Virus record (IMG/VR): IMGVR_UViG_3300027533_000667
Location: 13,626-77,625 of that record
From: a virus
Taxonomy: Duplodnaviria; Caudoviricetes
Length of the DNA stretch: 64,000 bases
Strand: one strand, 5' to 3'
Each line of letters begins with the position of its first letter. The stretch's first letter is position 1. The position numbers and the translations under genes are program-made. The notes below the pieces were generated by a model. It was not told where the DNA came from. It saw only the letters and a program-made list of their open reading frames with translations, and made no database searches. Positions 54,960-63,185 of this stretch are shown here, one piece after another.

Positions 54960-55430
54960 ACTGAAAAATTCTCAAAAATAGGGATATAACGCCCATATAT
55001 ATCCCAAATCTCCATACATCTCCCCATATACCACATATTTAATTCCATGCCCGGCAGGACCTAAAAATTCTACCATATTGGATAAACGCTCCTCCCACAC
55101 ATCTTACCTATCTTGCCTATCATACTCGAACCACCCCGTTCGCCTAGGCCGACTGCCACTTTGACAGTGGTCAATTCCTGACCACCTACTTTTCATGCCA
55201 GGCATGAATGTTGAGGTCCGGCAGCAGAATTGTGGTAAGATGGGAGGAATGGGCAAGATAGGTATCTGCCGATATGACAGATGGTCACTTTATGCTCACC
55301 TGTGGCCAGAACGTGACCTGCCACTTTGTACTACAAACTGTCAATCTGACAGGTTTCATGCCAGACAATAGAATACCTATTGTCGGGCAGCAGAAGTTGA
55401 GGGCGGGCATCAATTATTCCCATCTTTGAG
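54960..55430. repeat. non-coding region with direct and inverted repeats (candidate packaging/terminus or origin site)
   Basis: TTTCATGCCAG x2, CTGCCACTTTG x2, GGCAGCAGAA x2; TACCTATCTTGCC / GGCAAGATAGGTA inverted pair; several 6-8-bp hairpins. Confidence 0.6.
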
Positions 55431-55436
55431 AATCTT

Positions 55437-55465
55437 TTGGGTTTGGCGCGGTATGTGCTTAGTAT
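55437..55465 (+). promoter_or_regulatory. putative promoter TTGGGT-N17-TAGTAT
   Basis: The predicted start (~55471) coincides with the first RNA hairpin. Confidence 0.45.
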
Positions 55466-55469
55466 TCCA

Positions 55470-56000
55470 TCGACGGGGGACCGTCGTAAAATCCATCCCC
55501 TCGGGTCCGGCCTCGCCCACGGCCGTTTACCCTGTCAGTATCGAGTCAGGTCTACGGACCTCCGGACGGTTGATCTTTAACAACTTGGAAGCGCTTACCG
55601 GCCTTGACGGGGTTTAACTCCCCCTCAGTATGTAGGATTGTCGTTAGGATGACGAATCCCCCATTTCCTATGTACTCTGTATCGTGCCGATCCATCGGGA
55701 TCAATTGGCCATCGGTAAATCTGGAAAGAGAACAGGGGAATGATCTCCCCGACGACCTCAAGTACAGTGCGGTGAGATTCGCAAGGTTAGGGACAGCGCG
55801 AGAACGGTCAATACGGGGAGGATTCCCCCGTCTACCGTATATGTGTCCTGTATATCAAAACAGGGTTCACATGAATCACAACAACAACAGTCTGGGCGAG
55901 CGTGAGGAACGCTGTAACGGATTCAACCCCGCGCCCAGTTCTGTTCCCTCACTCCGAGGGGACTATCGCGTAGGCGCTTAAATGCGCCCGAAAGGGTTTG
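55470..56000 (+). ncRNA. candidate large structured RNA of unknown class (or a very long structured 5' leader)
   Basis: More than 12 contiguous stems; GGGA, GGAA, GAAA and cUACGg tetraloops; G-U pairs valid only on +; a multi-helix junction; no credible ORF. Confidence 0.6.
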
Positions 56001-56004
56001 TATC

Positions 56005-56685
56005 ATGGAAAACGTCATCGTTGAATCGGCCGCTGTTGAATCGACTGCTCCAGTGTTGAGCGTAGCCGCACAGAAAGCGCTGGAAAGCGCTAAGGTTCAA
56101 GCGGTTATCATCCGCGCCAACAAGGCCGCGGTCCGATCGGCGGACATGGACCAACGGGTCGCCAAACGCAAGGAACGATTGTCGTCTCAGCTGGTCAAGA
56201 TCACGAACGCAAAGAAAGGCGTGAACACTGACCAGATCGTCAGGGATTGTACTCGCGACAAAATCGTTGCCGAACGGAAAATGGCGGATGCGGATCAAAC
56301 GAAAGCGGCGCAGAATCACGTCAAGCTTAACGCATGGGCGAGGGTTCAGCTGCGAAAGGCCGAAATCAAAATTGAGGCCGAAGCGAATGGACAGACCTCA
56401 ACCGGAACCGTATGGACAGTAGAAACGGTTGACGGGGTTTACACTCCGGTTGACGTGGCCTCTGTCGCTCGCCAGATCAAGCGCAGTAAAGTTGTAACGA
56501 TGGGATTTCAAACGGCGATGGGAATGTTCGGCGAGGAGTGTATCGACGCGATGAACGATCGCGGCGGGGTTCTGGTATGCAACGAAATGCGCTGGATGTT
56601 CAAGGTATTGGGCGACGCCAATACGGTTGAATTCAGCAAAGTCAAGATTGTGAAAGTGGAAACGACGGAAGTGACTGCCGAATAG
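56005..56685 (+). CDS. orphan protein, basic Ala/Lys/Arg-rich helical N-half and beta-rich C-half
   Basis: 226-aa ORF directly after the structured RNA and before a terminator. Confidence 0.7.
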   Translation: MENVIVESAAVESTAPVLSVAAQKALESAKVQAVIIRANKAAVRSADMDQRVAKRKERLSSQLVKITNAKKGVNTDQIVRDCTRDKIVAERKMADADQTKAAQNHVKLNAWARVQLRKAEIKIEAEANGQTSTGTVWTVETVDGVYTPVDVASVARQIKRSKVVTMGFQTAMGMFGEECIDAMNDRGGVLVCNEMRWMFKVLGDANTVEFSKVKIVKVETTEVTAE

Positions 56686-56714
56686 TCCAGTCTGCTGAAT
56701 CGCCCAATTTCATG

Positions 56715-56750
56715 AACCCTACATAAATCCCCAGTTATGTAGGGTTTTTC
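56715..56750 (+). terminator. rho-independent terminator
   Basis: AACCCTACATAA / TTATGTAGGGTT 12-bp stem followed by a T run. Confidence 0.85.
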
Positions 56751-56997
56751 GTTGCTTTTGATCGGCATAAACTGAGAGGAAAAGCAAAGCGAATGTGGGA
56801 CCATACAATCACATCATATCGATCTACCATTAGGTCTATATTGGTCCCATATCCCCCATTACCCTCATTCCCGTACACATTACGCGTAAATCTGCAGGCA
56901 CATAGGCCAGCAATTTATTGCGCCTTGCATCGTTGTTCGTTGGGTTTCTTGCATTTTTTGAAACATTCGCCCAAACCTTTTAACTGGAGTGGCTGCG

Positions 56998-57321
56998 ATG
57001 ACTCGTTTCCCTTGCCTAGCGGACAATCCGGGGAAGTTGACCCAAGCAGAAGCAAATTGCATTTGGACTTGGGTAGACTGGCAAGTTGATTATGTTCAAG
57101 AACAACTCGTGCGCGACGGTTGGATGATTAAATGTGAATGGGATGGCGAGTTTTGGATGGAAGGGGAGAATCAGACCGGCAATGTTTGGGAATTCGCCTG
57201 CCGAAATGGAGTAGTCAAAATCGACGGATCGCAATACATCCCAATGATTGCGTATCTGTTGGCACACTCGTTGCGTGGAATGGTTCCACTTTACATTCAG
57301 GCAAACAAAGAACACAAATAA
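56998..57321 (+). CDS. hypothetical early protein (Trp-rich)
   Basis: GGAG SD. Confidence 0.55.
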   Translation: MTRFPCLADNPGKLTQAEANCIWTWVDWQVDYVQEQLVRDGWMIKCEWDGEFWMEGENQTGNVWEFACRNGVVKIDGSQYIPMIAYLLAHSLRGMVPLYIQANKEHK

Positions 57322-57331
57322 GGGGCTGGTC

Positions 57332-57499
57332 ATGCGTCATCGGCGTCAAAAATCTGCACCGCGCGGATTCCAGATTAAACCACTTGCCGATTTGGAATGC
57401 GAGCAACAGTCAAATGAGCGAGAGCAAGACGTATCTGACGTTCTGCCTCCCTCATTCATCTTGGAATTGGAAATCGCGTATTGGGAGCAGCGGTCATGA
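57332..57499 (+). CDS. small hypothetical protein
   Basis: AAGGGG SD; ATGA overlap downstream. Confidence 0.4.
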   Translation: MRHRRQKSAPRGFQIKPLADLECEQQSNEREQDVSDVLPPSFILELEIAYWEQRS

Positions 57500-57867
57500 C
57501 ACGAACTACGCCAAACCTTTGGCTTAGCTTCTTTCAGCACGAAAAGATTGACGTGCTTAAAGTCGATGTTGAATGGGTCAAGCCGTTAATGATACTAGTG
57601 CATAAACTGTCCGAGTTTGCAACGCCGAAATATCGGCCTTACGCAGCACGGCTTGAAACCCGCCGAATACTATGCACTTATGCAATGGACCTAGGCATCG
57701 ACCTCCCAGCGATTCGACACAACGGCAAAGTTGCGATGGGTCGCGGCTTGCTTGATATATGGATGGATGTGTATGCAAAGCGATTTGGTTCCAATCACGG
57801 AACAAACGCTTGGGCGGAGTTGAAGCGTCGAGGGGTCAGCACCAAACTCTCAAAGGAAAAGGAATAG
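57496..57867 (+). CDS. hypothetical protein
   Basis: ATGA-coupled. Confidence 0.55.
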   Translation: MTRTTPNLWLSFFQHEKIDVLKVDVEWVKPLMILVHKLSEFATPKYRPYAARLETRRILCTYAMDLGIDLPAIRHNGKVAMGRGLLDIWMDVYAKRFGSNHGTNAWAELKRRGVSTKLSKEKE

Positions 57868-58105
57868 TTGCGACCTCTCCGCCTTCTTCACTTGCGAGTG
57901 AGGCGGGCTGAGCGGCCGGACTTCCCGACTTGCTCACAATGGTCTATACTCGCCAATGGCGGAATTGAAAGGTGGTGATGCATTTGATTGTCTAAATGCT
58001 GTAAGTCACTTACAGAATGACAGTTGTCGGCACTTAAACCGAACCACCACATATATGGAGGTGCATCATGCTCAACTAAATTCCATTACCGATTTGTGAA
58101 TTGGG

Positions 58106-58140
58106 GCCAATAGGCACAATTAAGTGCCTATTGGCTTTTC
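58106..58140 (+). terminator. rho-independent terminator
   Basis: GCCAATAGGCAC / GTGCCTATTGGC 12-bp stem then TTTT. Confidence 0.8.
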
Positions 58141-58158
58141 TGTTTCAAGGAGCAAGAT

Positions 58159-58353
58159 ATGTTTGCAGATCAGGTCAAAATGAATTTGTCCTTTCTCAAA
58201 GCGCGGCAACGAAAGATGCCAGCGGAAGAAATTGTCAAGCTGATTGCAGGTCGAATCACTCAAGGCTGGCCATTCATCGGGCAATCACGTGAGGCTCACT
58301 ATCGAGAAGTGGCGGAGATCAGGGAAGAAGTGCTCAAACAATTGAAAGGATGA
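58159..58353 (+). CDS. small hypothetical protein
   Basis: AAGGAG SD. Confidence 0.55.
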   Translation: MFADQVKMNLSFLKARQRKMPAEEIVKLIAGRITQGWPFIGQSREAHYREVAEIREEVLKQLKG

Positions 58354-58356
58354 GTT

Positions 58357-58590
58357 ATGTATCTTCAAGGCGATTGGACAATGGCAGGCACGAAAGAAGA
58401 ATTGGAACGTGATATCGGCAACGGCTTCATTGTCCGCGTTGGCTGGACTGAGACGGTATCCGATTCGATCTATTGCGAAATGATCTCGGATGATCGCCCT
58501 GCCAGGTATCGCGTTGTCATTTGGAATGAGGGTGGCGTCCGCGGTAAGATCGCGGCGATTGTTGACAAACCTGCTTACGTGGAGAGATGA
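58357..58590 (+). CDS. small hypothetical protein
   Basis: Operon context. Confidence 0.5.
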   Translation: MYLQGDWTMAGTKEELERDIGNGFIVRVGWTETVSDSIYCEMISDDRPARYRVVIWNEGGVRGKIAAIVDKPAYVER

Positions 58591-58770
58591 TGCTTCGATT
58601 AGTTGGTCTATTCTTGGGCGACGTATTGGATTGTACGTCGGTCCTTATCGAAATCGCTGATGTGTTCGGCGGTTTGATTTTGTTTGAGTGGACGGTAGGC
58701 ATTCACAATGCAATCGCGTCTGCTCAACTCGTCTTACTTTCAATTGGATCATGATATAAGGAACAATGAC

Positions 58771-59130
58771 ATGACACGGTGTACTTACAACGGTGTTGCT
58801 GGAATTGTCTATGATTGGGAAGATGCGGACGATGATGGTCCGCAATTCAAATTTGTCGGCGATGATGGTTCGTTTGATTTTGTCAATCTGTATCAGTTGG
58901 AATTTGGATCGCTTCCCAATGGGCGACCGATCATGTTTTTCACTCGAATCAAATATCGACTAGATCAGATGAACATGACTATCCGCCAGTTGGCGGATAG
59001 TGTCGGAAGTTATGAAGCGAACATATCTAGGATAATCGCCGGCGCTGGCGCTGAGCGGACGACACAAGATCGAATCGCTACAGTTTTGTTGGCAGATGTG
59101 TCGGATTTGTTCGTTCCGGTTAGGAGTTAA
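58771..59130 (+). CDS. XRE/Cro-family HTH protein with N-terminal extra domain
   Basis: IKYRLDQMNMTIRQLADSVGSYEANISRII...RIATVL..DVSDLF. Confidence 0.8.
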   Translation: MTRCTYNGVAGIVYDWEDADDDGPQFKFVGDDGSFDFVNLYQLEFGSLPNGRPIMFFTRIKYRLDQMNMTIRQLADSVGSYEANISRIIAGAGAERTTQDRIATVLLADVSDLFVPVRS

Positions 59131-59133
59131 ACC

Positions 59134-59385
59134 ATGCCATTCATCGGCGTTAATGTAACAGATTATGAGCGAGTCTCATTAGTCTCATCCGATGCGCAAA
59201 CCGGACAATTCAAATGCCCAAGGTGCGCCGGTGTCTGCATCGAAAACAAATCACAAGAGCGGCCTAGCAAGAAAGCTCGTCAATGGGATTGCTCTAAGTG
59301 CGGGCGTGGATGGGATCAAGTACCGTCATGGTGTCGGACAGTTTCCGATGCCAACAAAGCATTCGAGCAAATGGAGAATGAGTGA
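59134..59385 (+). CDS. zinc-ribbon protein
   Basis: CPRC...CSKC. Confidence 0.6.
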   Translation: MPFIGVNVTDYERVSLVSSDAQTGQFKCPRCAGVCIENKSQERPSKKARQWDCSKCGRGWDQVPSWCRTVSDANKAFEQMENE

Positions 59386-59735
59386 TGAAGAATGCACGTT
59401 TCTGGTTTTGGTACAACGAATCGTGGGTCAAGCTGACTCTCGAACCATATAAGCAAATATGGTTCGATGAGGGCGGGCCGAACGAAGAAGGCTATAGCTA
59501 CACTCATACCACAATCACGCATGACGGCGACGGTGTAGGTATGGAGGTCAACACCCGAGCAAAGGATTGTGATGGGCGGCTTGATGCGTATGCGAATTAC
59601 TTCTGCCCATTGGATGAATTGCAATCACGGCTGATGGAAAATCATCCAGATTGGCCTGAAATCCCACCACTGCCTGAATGGGATCGGCGTGGAGCAAGTC
59701 AACGCGATTACTCGGCTGAAGCGGCAGGGTATTAG
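59382..59735 (+). CDS. hypothetical phage protein
   Basis: NARFW.W.N.SWVKLTL...DCDGRL pattern. Confidence 0.6.
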   Translation: MMKNARFWFWYNESWVKLTLEPYKQIWFDEGGPNEEGYSYTHTTITHDGDGVGMEVNTRAKDCDGRLDAYANYFCPLDELQSRLMENHPDWPEIPPLPEWDRRGASQRDYSAEAAGY

Positions 59736-59744
59736 GAGAATCCA

Positions 59745-59864
59745 ATGACATTCGCCGAAGTGAAAATAGGGCAAAAGTTTCTAGTCTATAGATGGGACGG
59801 CGATTATGGTCGGGTTTCGATCATGCCAGAGCGGCGCAAACAATTCAAGCAAATCTACGTGTAG
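59745..59864 (+). CDS. small protein (39 aa)
   Basis: AGGAG SD; MTFAEVKIGQKF... Confidence 0.5.
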   Translation: MTFAEVKIGQKFLVYRWDGDYGRVSIMPERRKQFKQIYV

Positions 59865-59871
59865 GACTACA

Positions 59872-60021
59872 ATGCTTACGAATCACAAATTCGCCGTTGT
59901 GTTAGTGCGAAAACATACCGGCAGCAAAATCACAATTGCAATTGAAGCAGTAAGTGAGGCTCAGGCTCGTCGCCTAGCCGAGAATCAATTGCATGGTTGG
60001 CGAGTCATTCGCCTGATTTGA
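59872..60021 (+). CDS. small protein (49 aa)
   Basis: IEAVSEAQARRLAE pattern. Confidence 0.5.
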   Translation: MLTNHKFAVVLVRKHTGSKITIAIEAVSEAQARRLAENQLHGWRVIRLI

Positions 60022-60031
60022 GGAACGTATC

Positions 60032-60394
60032 ATGCCTCTAGCATTAAATCGAATTGGATACGATCTGCAGGTTCTCAAAACCGATGGTTGTAAACTGGTC
60101 GAGCCGGAAAGTATGTTCCGCGCTCTTCTGATCACAACATCCGGCGATCCATGTACAACAGGTTGTGCATACTTTCGTGACGGTAAGTGTCCGGCCTACC
60201 TAAAGTATCACACAGATGAAATTCATAAGCAGTATCAAGCAAAAGTGGACTATGAAAAGTCCCATACAGATCAATCAGGTCTGATCGGCGGTCAATGGCG
60301 CGGAATGTCTAGTAAGCAAATCCGTGAGAAGGAAGGCGGTATCAGCCCGAACGAGTTCGCCAAGCGCAAAGCCGCTGGCAAATACAAGGAGTAG
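60032..60394 (+). CDS. hypothetical protein (Cys cluster, basic tail)
   Basis: GAGGA SD. Confidence 0.55.
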   Translation: MPLALNRIGYDLQVLKTDGCKLVEPESMFRALLITTSGDPCTTGCAYFRDGKCPAYLKYHTDEIHKQYQAKVDYEKSHTDQSGLIGGQWRGMSSKQIREKEGGISPNEFAKRKAAGKYKE

Positions 60395-60396
60395 CT

Positions 60397-60825
60397 ATGA
60401 AACGAATCGCAGCAGCAATTCTTATGCTGCCATTAGTAGGCGGTTTTGTGATTACATCCGGTTGTGCAAAGAAGAAAACCGAACCTACAATGACAGCAGC
60501 AGCATCGCCACAAGTGATGCCTAAGATCGGCGACATTTGCAAGCTTAGCGATTCTGGACGCCACCATGGCGAGTACATTTTCTACAAGAATCTGCATGCA
60601 CTCGCCGAAGCTTTCAAACACAACAACACCAAGGACGATTACGGAACACGAGAGATGATCCGTGATGGCAAAATCTTCAAAGTGGCAGTTGATCGAGTTC
60701 GATTGATCGGGCTTCATCAAATCTCCGATTTGGTAATGGCAGAGGTTCGGATTCTGGATGGTCCAGCAGAGGGCAAAATTGGCTGGACGATCTATGAAGA
60801 ACTAATTCTGCCAGGCAAGGAGTGA
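60397..60825 (+). CDS. putative lipoprotein
   Basis: MKRIAAAILMLPLVGGFVITSG-C: basic N-region, hydrophobic core, lipobox-like Cys. Confidence 0.65.
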   Translation: MKRIAAAILMLPLVGGFVITSGCAKKKTEPTMTAAASPQVMPKIGDICKLSDSGRHHGEYIFYKNLHALAEAFKHNNTKDDYGTREMIRDGKIFKVAVDRVRLIGLHQISDLVMAEVRILDGPAEGKIGWTIYEELILPGKE

Positions 60826-60829
60826 TACA

Positions 60830-60970
60830 ATGTTTTTCGTGTTCTACATCAGCAGGCGCGGTGGGCTCGTGTATACTCACGGCAACCGTGGATGGTCACA
60901 TGACGAAGCACGGCGAATCCTGCGTAAGATTCGCAAGAACGTCAAATCTGCTTGGATCGAAAGGATGTAA
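60830..60970 (+). CDS. small basic protein (46 aa)
   Basis: AAGGAG SD; read manually. Confidence 0.45.
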   Translation: MFFVFYISRRGGLVYTHGNRGWSHDEARRILRKIRKNVKSAWIERM

Positions 60971-60975
60971 GCATC

Positions 60976-61188
60976 ATGGACCCTATATTCGATGTGGATC
61001 ATGAAGGGACAGGCACTATGACTGTTTACGCTTACGGCAAAACTTGGCGGTGTTCTTTGTTCAAATGGACTTTGGTTTTGTATGTTGATGATTTGGCATA
61101 TCAAGCGCCAGACAGTCAGATAGTTCGATTGATGAGAAGCAGATTATCCACACATCTAGCCTTGATGTCGTCCGGAGGATACGAATAA
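60976..61188 (+). CDS. hypothetical protein
   Basis: TAATG overlap with the next gene. Confidence 0.5.
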   Translation: MDPIFDVDHEGTGTMTVYAYGKTWRCSLFKWTLVLYVDDLAYQAPDSQIVRLMRSRLSTHLALMSSGGYE

Positions 61189-61529
61189 TGTTAGTGATCC
61201 ATAAATCGGCGAGAGAGCAATTCGACACAGCAAAGATCAAAGCAAGGCTGTGCGGATTGACCAAACAATTCGCCAATGTGCTGAACCAACTCCGCACATA
61301 TGGCTGCAGCGGCAAGGGATCGCCAGAAGTGCGGGTCTTTCTGTTCAAAGACTTCGCCCCGCACAGTTTCAGCATCGTATGGAAACGACTGAACAAAGAA
61401 AATGAATGGAGCATTTGGTTCCAAGGCGGCTTGATCTTCCACGGACCGCATGACAATGGCGGCGATGGTAGTGCACCGACGTTCAGCGTCAATCTCACAC
61501 CAATGAACGGATGGAGCGTCCACACATGA
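61188..61529 (+). CDS. conserved phage hypothetical protein
   Basis: KDFAPHSF...GGLIFHGPHD.GG.G..PTFSV.L....GWSVHT pattern. Confidence 0.65.
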   Translation: MLVIHKSAREQFDTAKIKARLCGLTKQFANVLNQLRTYGCSGKGSPEVRVFLFKDFAPHSFSIVWKRLNKENEWSIWFQGGLIFHGPHDNGGDGSAPTFSVNLTPMNGWSVHT

Positions 61530-61714
61530 AAGATCGTGAATTCGAGCACAAGGAAGGTGACATGTACGATGTCACCGGCATATTGAAAAACGGCGACAGA
61601 TTCGTTGACAGATACAAAAACCCGCACGTTGCTCTTGCTATCAATCTATGGAAAGGTTCCGTGTGGCAGGTCAGGAACGGAAAACGCAAGCTTATCAAAC
61701 GAGTGTTCAATTAG
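61526..61714 (+). CDS. conserved small phage protein
   Basis: ALAINLWKGSVWQVRNGKRKLIKRVFN pattern. Confidence 0.6.
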   Translation: MKDREFEHKEGDMYDVTGILKNGDRFVDRYKNPHVALAINLWKGSVWQVRNGKRKLIKRVFN

Positions 61715-61723
61715 AGGAATAAC

Positions 61724-61918
61724 ATGAGCAACAAACCACCGATCTATATTGTCATATTAAATGACAAGAAAATCCATTCGATTCATCGCGATAAGAAAAT
61801 CGCTGAGCAATGGAAATCATGCAAAGAATATGAAGGCGACTGCGGCAGCGTGTCCGTAATCGAAATGTCCGGCGATATGGTGGATGATCTGCGATCCCTA
61901 TTGGAGTCCGAGCAATGA
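61724..61918 (+). CDS. small hypothetical protein
   Basis: GAGGA SD. Confidence 0.5.
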   Translation: MSNKPPIYIVILNDKKIHSIHRDKKIAEQWKSCKEYEGDCGSVSVIEMSGDMVDDLRSLLESEQ

Positions 61919-62178
61919 TTACGAAGCAAGACGCAATGACTATCGGCATGTTTTATCATGCTAGACTTCGCAACGCCGACGGAACTGCATTGCGTGCCAG
62001 ATCAAACGGCAAGTGCAAGACATGGAAGACTCGACCATCTCATTTCCGAGTGCCGATAAAGCACGGGCTTTATGAATATGGCTACATCGATCACAACAGT
62101 GCTCACAATTGGCTGATTTACGATCCAACGATGACAAGCGAATCGCCACCAGTAAGCACAGCAGTCACAGCGGAGTAA
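61915..62178 (+). CDS. conserved phage hypothetical protein
   Basis: RNADGT.LRARSNGKCKTWKTRP..FRVPIKHGLY pattern. Confidence 0.65.
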   Translation: MITKQDAMTIGMFYHARLRNADGTALRARSNGKCKTWKTRPSHFRVPIKHGLYEYGYIDHNSAHNWLIYDPTMTSESPPVSTAVTAE

Positions 62179-62194
62179 CAAGGATGTTGTTTGC

Positions 62195-62479
62195 ATGGAT
62201 TGGCTTTCTATTGTTTCTGATCCTACTCGCCCCAAACTTCAAACGGAGAAAACAGTGAGCGTGCAAATGTACAATCTGCGTAGGCAAAAATTCGATGACA
62301 TTGATGCCGACATCCATGATCTGCCAGTCGTATTCACAGGCACATTCCAAGCCTGCACAGATTACGCAACGAAAGAAGGATTCGAGTGGAGAAACAACAA
62401 GCGGTTCCTGTTCGGCGGATATTGGTATCGCCAACCGGCTGCGTTAGTGCAATCGGAATGTCTTTACCCAACACACTGA
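62195..62479 (+). CDS. hypothetical protein
   Basis: Operon context. Confidence 0.5.
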   Translation: MDWLSIVSDPTRPKLQTEKTVSVQMYNLRRQKFDDIDADIHDLPVVFTGTFQACTDYATKEGFEWRNNKRFLFGGYWYRQPAALVQSECLYPTH

Positions 62480-62486
62480 GGATGTC

Positions 62487-62687
62487 ATGAACTTTGAAAC
62501 GTACCGCAAACGTGGCAAAGGTTGGGAATATCTAGGCGTAGTAAGTGCTGAGACGTGTCGCGACGCAGCACAGATGATCGGATACATTCACAATTTGAAA
62601 GTCATCGGTGTGCGGCCAGAAGATAGTCGTGATATAATTCAAGTCTATCGATTCTTGCGTGTGCCAGAACTCCATCACGGAAAATAG
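62487..62687 (+). CDS. small hypothetical protein
   Basis: GAGGA SD. Confidence 0.55.
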   Translation: MNFETYRKRGKGWEYLGVVSAETCRDAAQMIGYIHNLKVIGVRPEDSRDIIQVYRFLRVPELHHGK

Positions 62688-62749
62688 AAAGCGCTGATTT
62701 GGCAACTCCGATATATCAAATAGGAGAACACAAACAATGAGGAAATAAA

Positions 62750-62977
62750 TTGCCAATAATTCGTTACCGGCATTTAGTTCCGTGGCGTCCGTTGCCTGAG
62801 GAACTGAAACGGCATAGACCGCCGCCTCCTCCGCCTCCGCCTAAAAGCAAGGCGGAGTTGATCGGCATGATGGTACTCGACAAAGATGTGCGAAAGCTAG
62901 GATTATCAGCAGATATTCTTAGCGCGTGTAGTGAAGAGTTTGTTCGTAATCTGGCAAAAGAAATGGGAGTAGAATGA
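62750..62977 (+). CDS. small protein with poly-Pro tract
   Basis: TTG start after GAGGA; RPPPPPPPPKS. Confidence 0.45.
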   Translation: MPIIRYRHLVPWRPLPEELKRHRPPPPPPPPKSKAELIGMMVLDKDVRKLGLSADILSACSEEFVRNLAKEMGVE

Positions 62978-63177
62978 TGTCAAAGTTTCCTGATCCATTG
63001 CCTATCGGTACTGTAGTTTGTGATGGGCAAAAGATCGTTGAAGTTTTGCAGGTTGACAAAAGCGATCCTGACATGCCGTATCAATATTTGCTTGACGATC
63101 ACGATAGAGTGTGGTTGGAAGCACATAACTGGTGCTCGACGTGCCAAGGACCGAAAGACAAAAGCTGCCCACACTAG
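62974..63177 (+). CDS. small hypothetical protein
   Basis: ATGA overlap. Confidence 0.5.
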   Translation: MMSKFPDPLPIGTVVCDGQKIVEVLQVDKSDPDMPYQYLLDDHDRVWLEAHNWCSTCQGPKDKSCPH

Positions 63178-63185
63178 GAGAGCCA

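Noticed and set aside
55760-55795. TGCG-GT-GAGA-TT-CGCA resembles the upper stem of group II intron domain V
   Set aside because: No AGC/CGC catalytic triad, no paired lower stem, no domain VI and no RT gene.
55470-56000. tmRNA, RNase P RNA or tRNA cluster
   Set aside because: No GGGGC../..CCACCA acceptor ends, no GAGGAAAGUCC P4 motif and no T-loop GTTCGA in a cloverleaf context.
54954-58158. CRISPR or mini-CRISPR array in the intergenic regions
   Set aside because: The repeats are only 10-13 bp, irregularly spaced or inverted; there is no 25-40-bp repeat-spacer periodicity.
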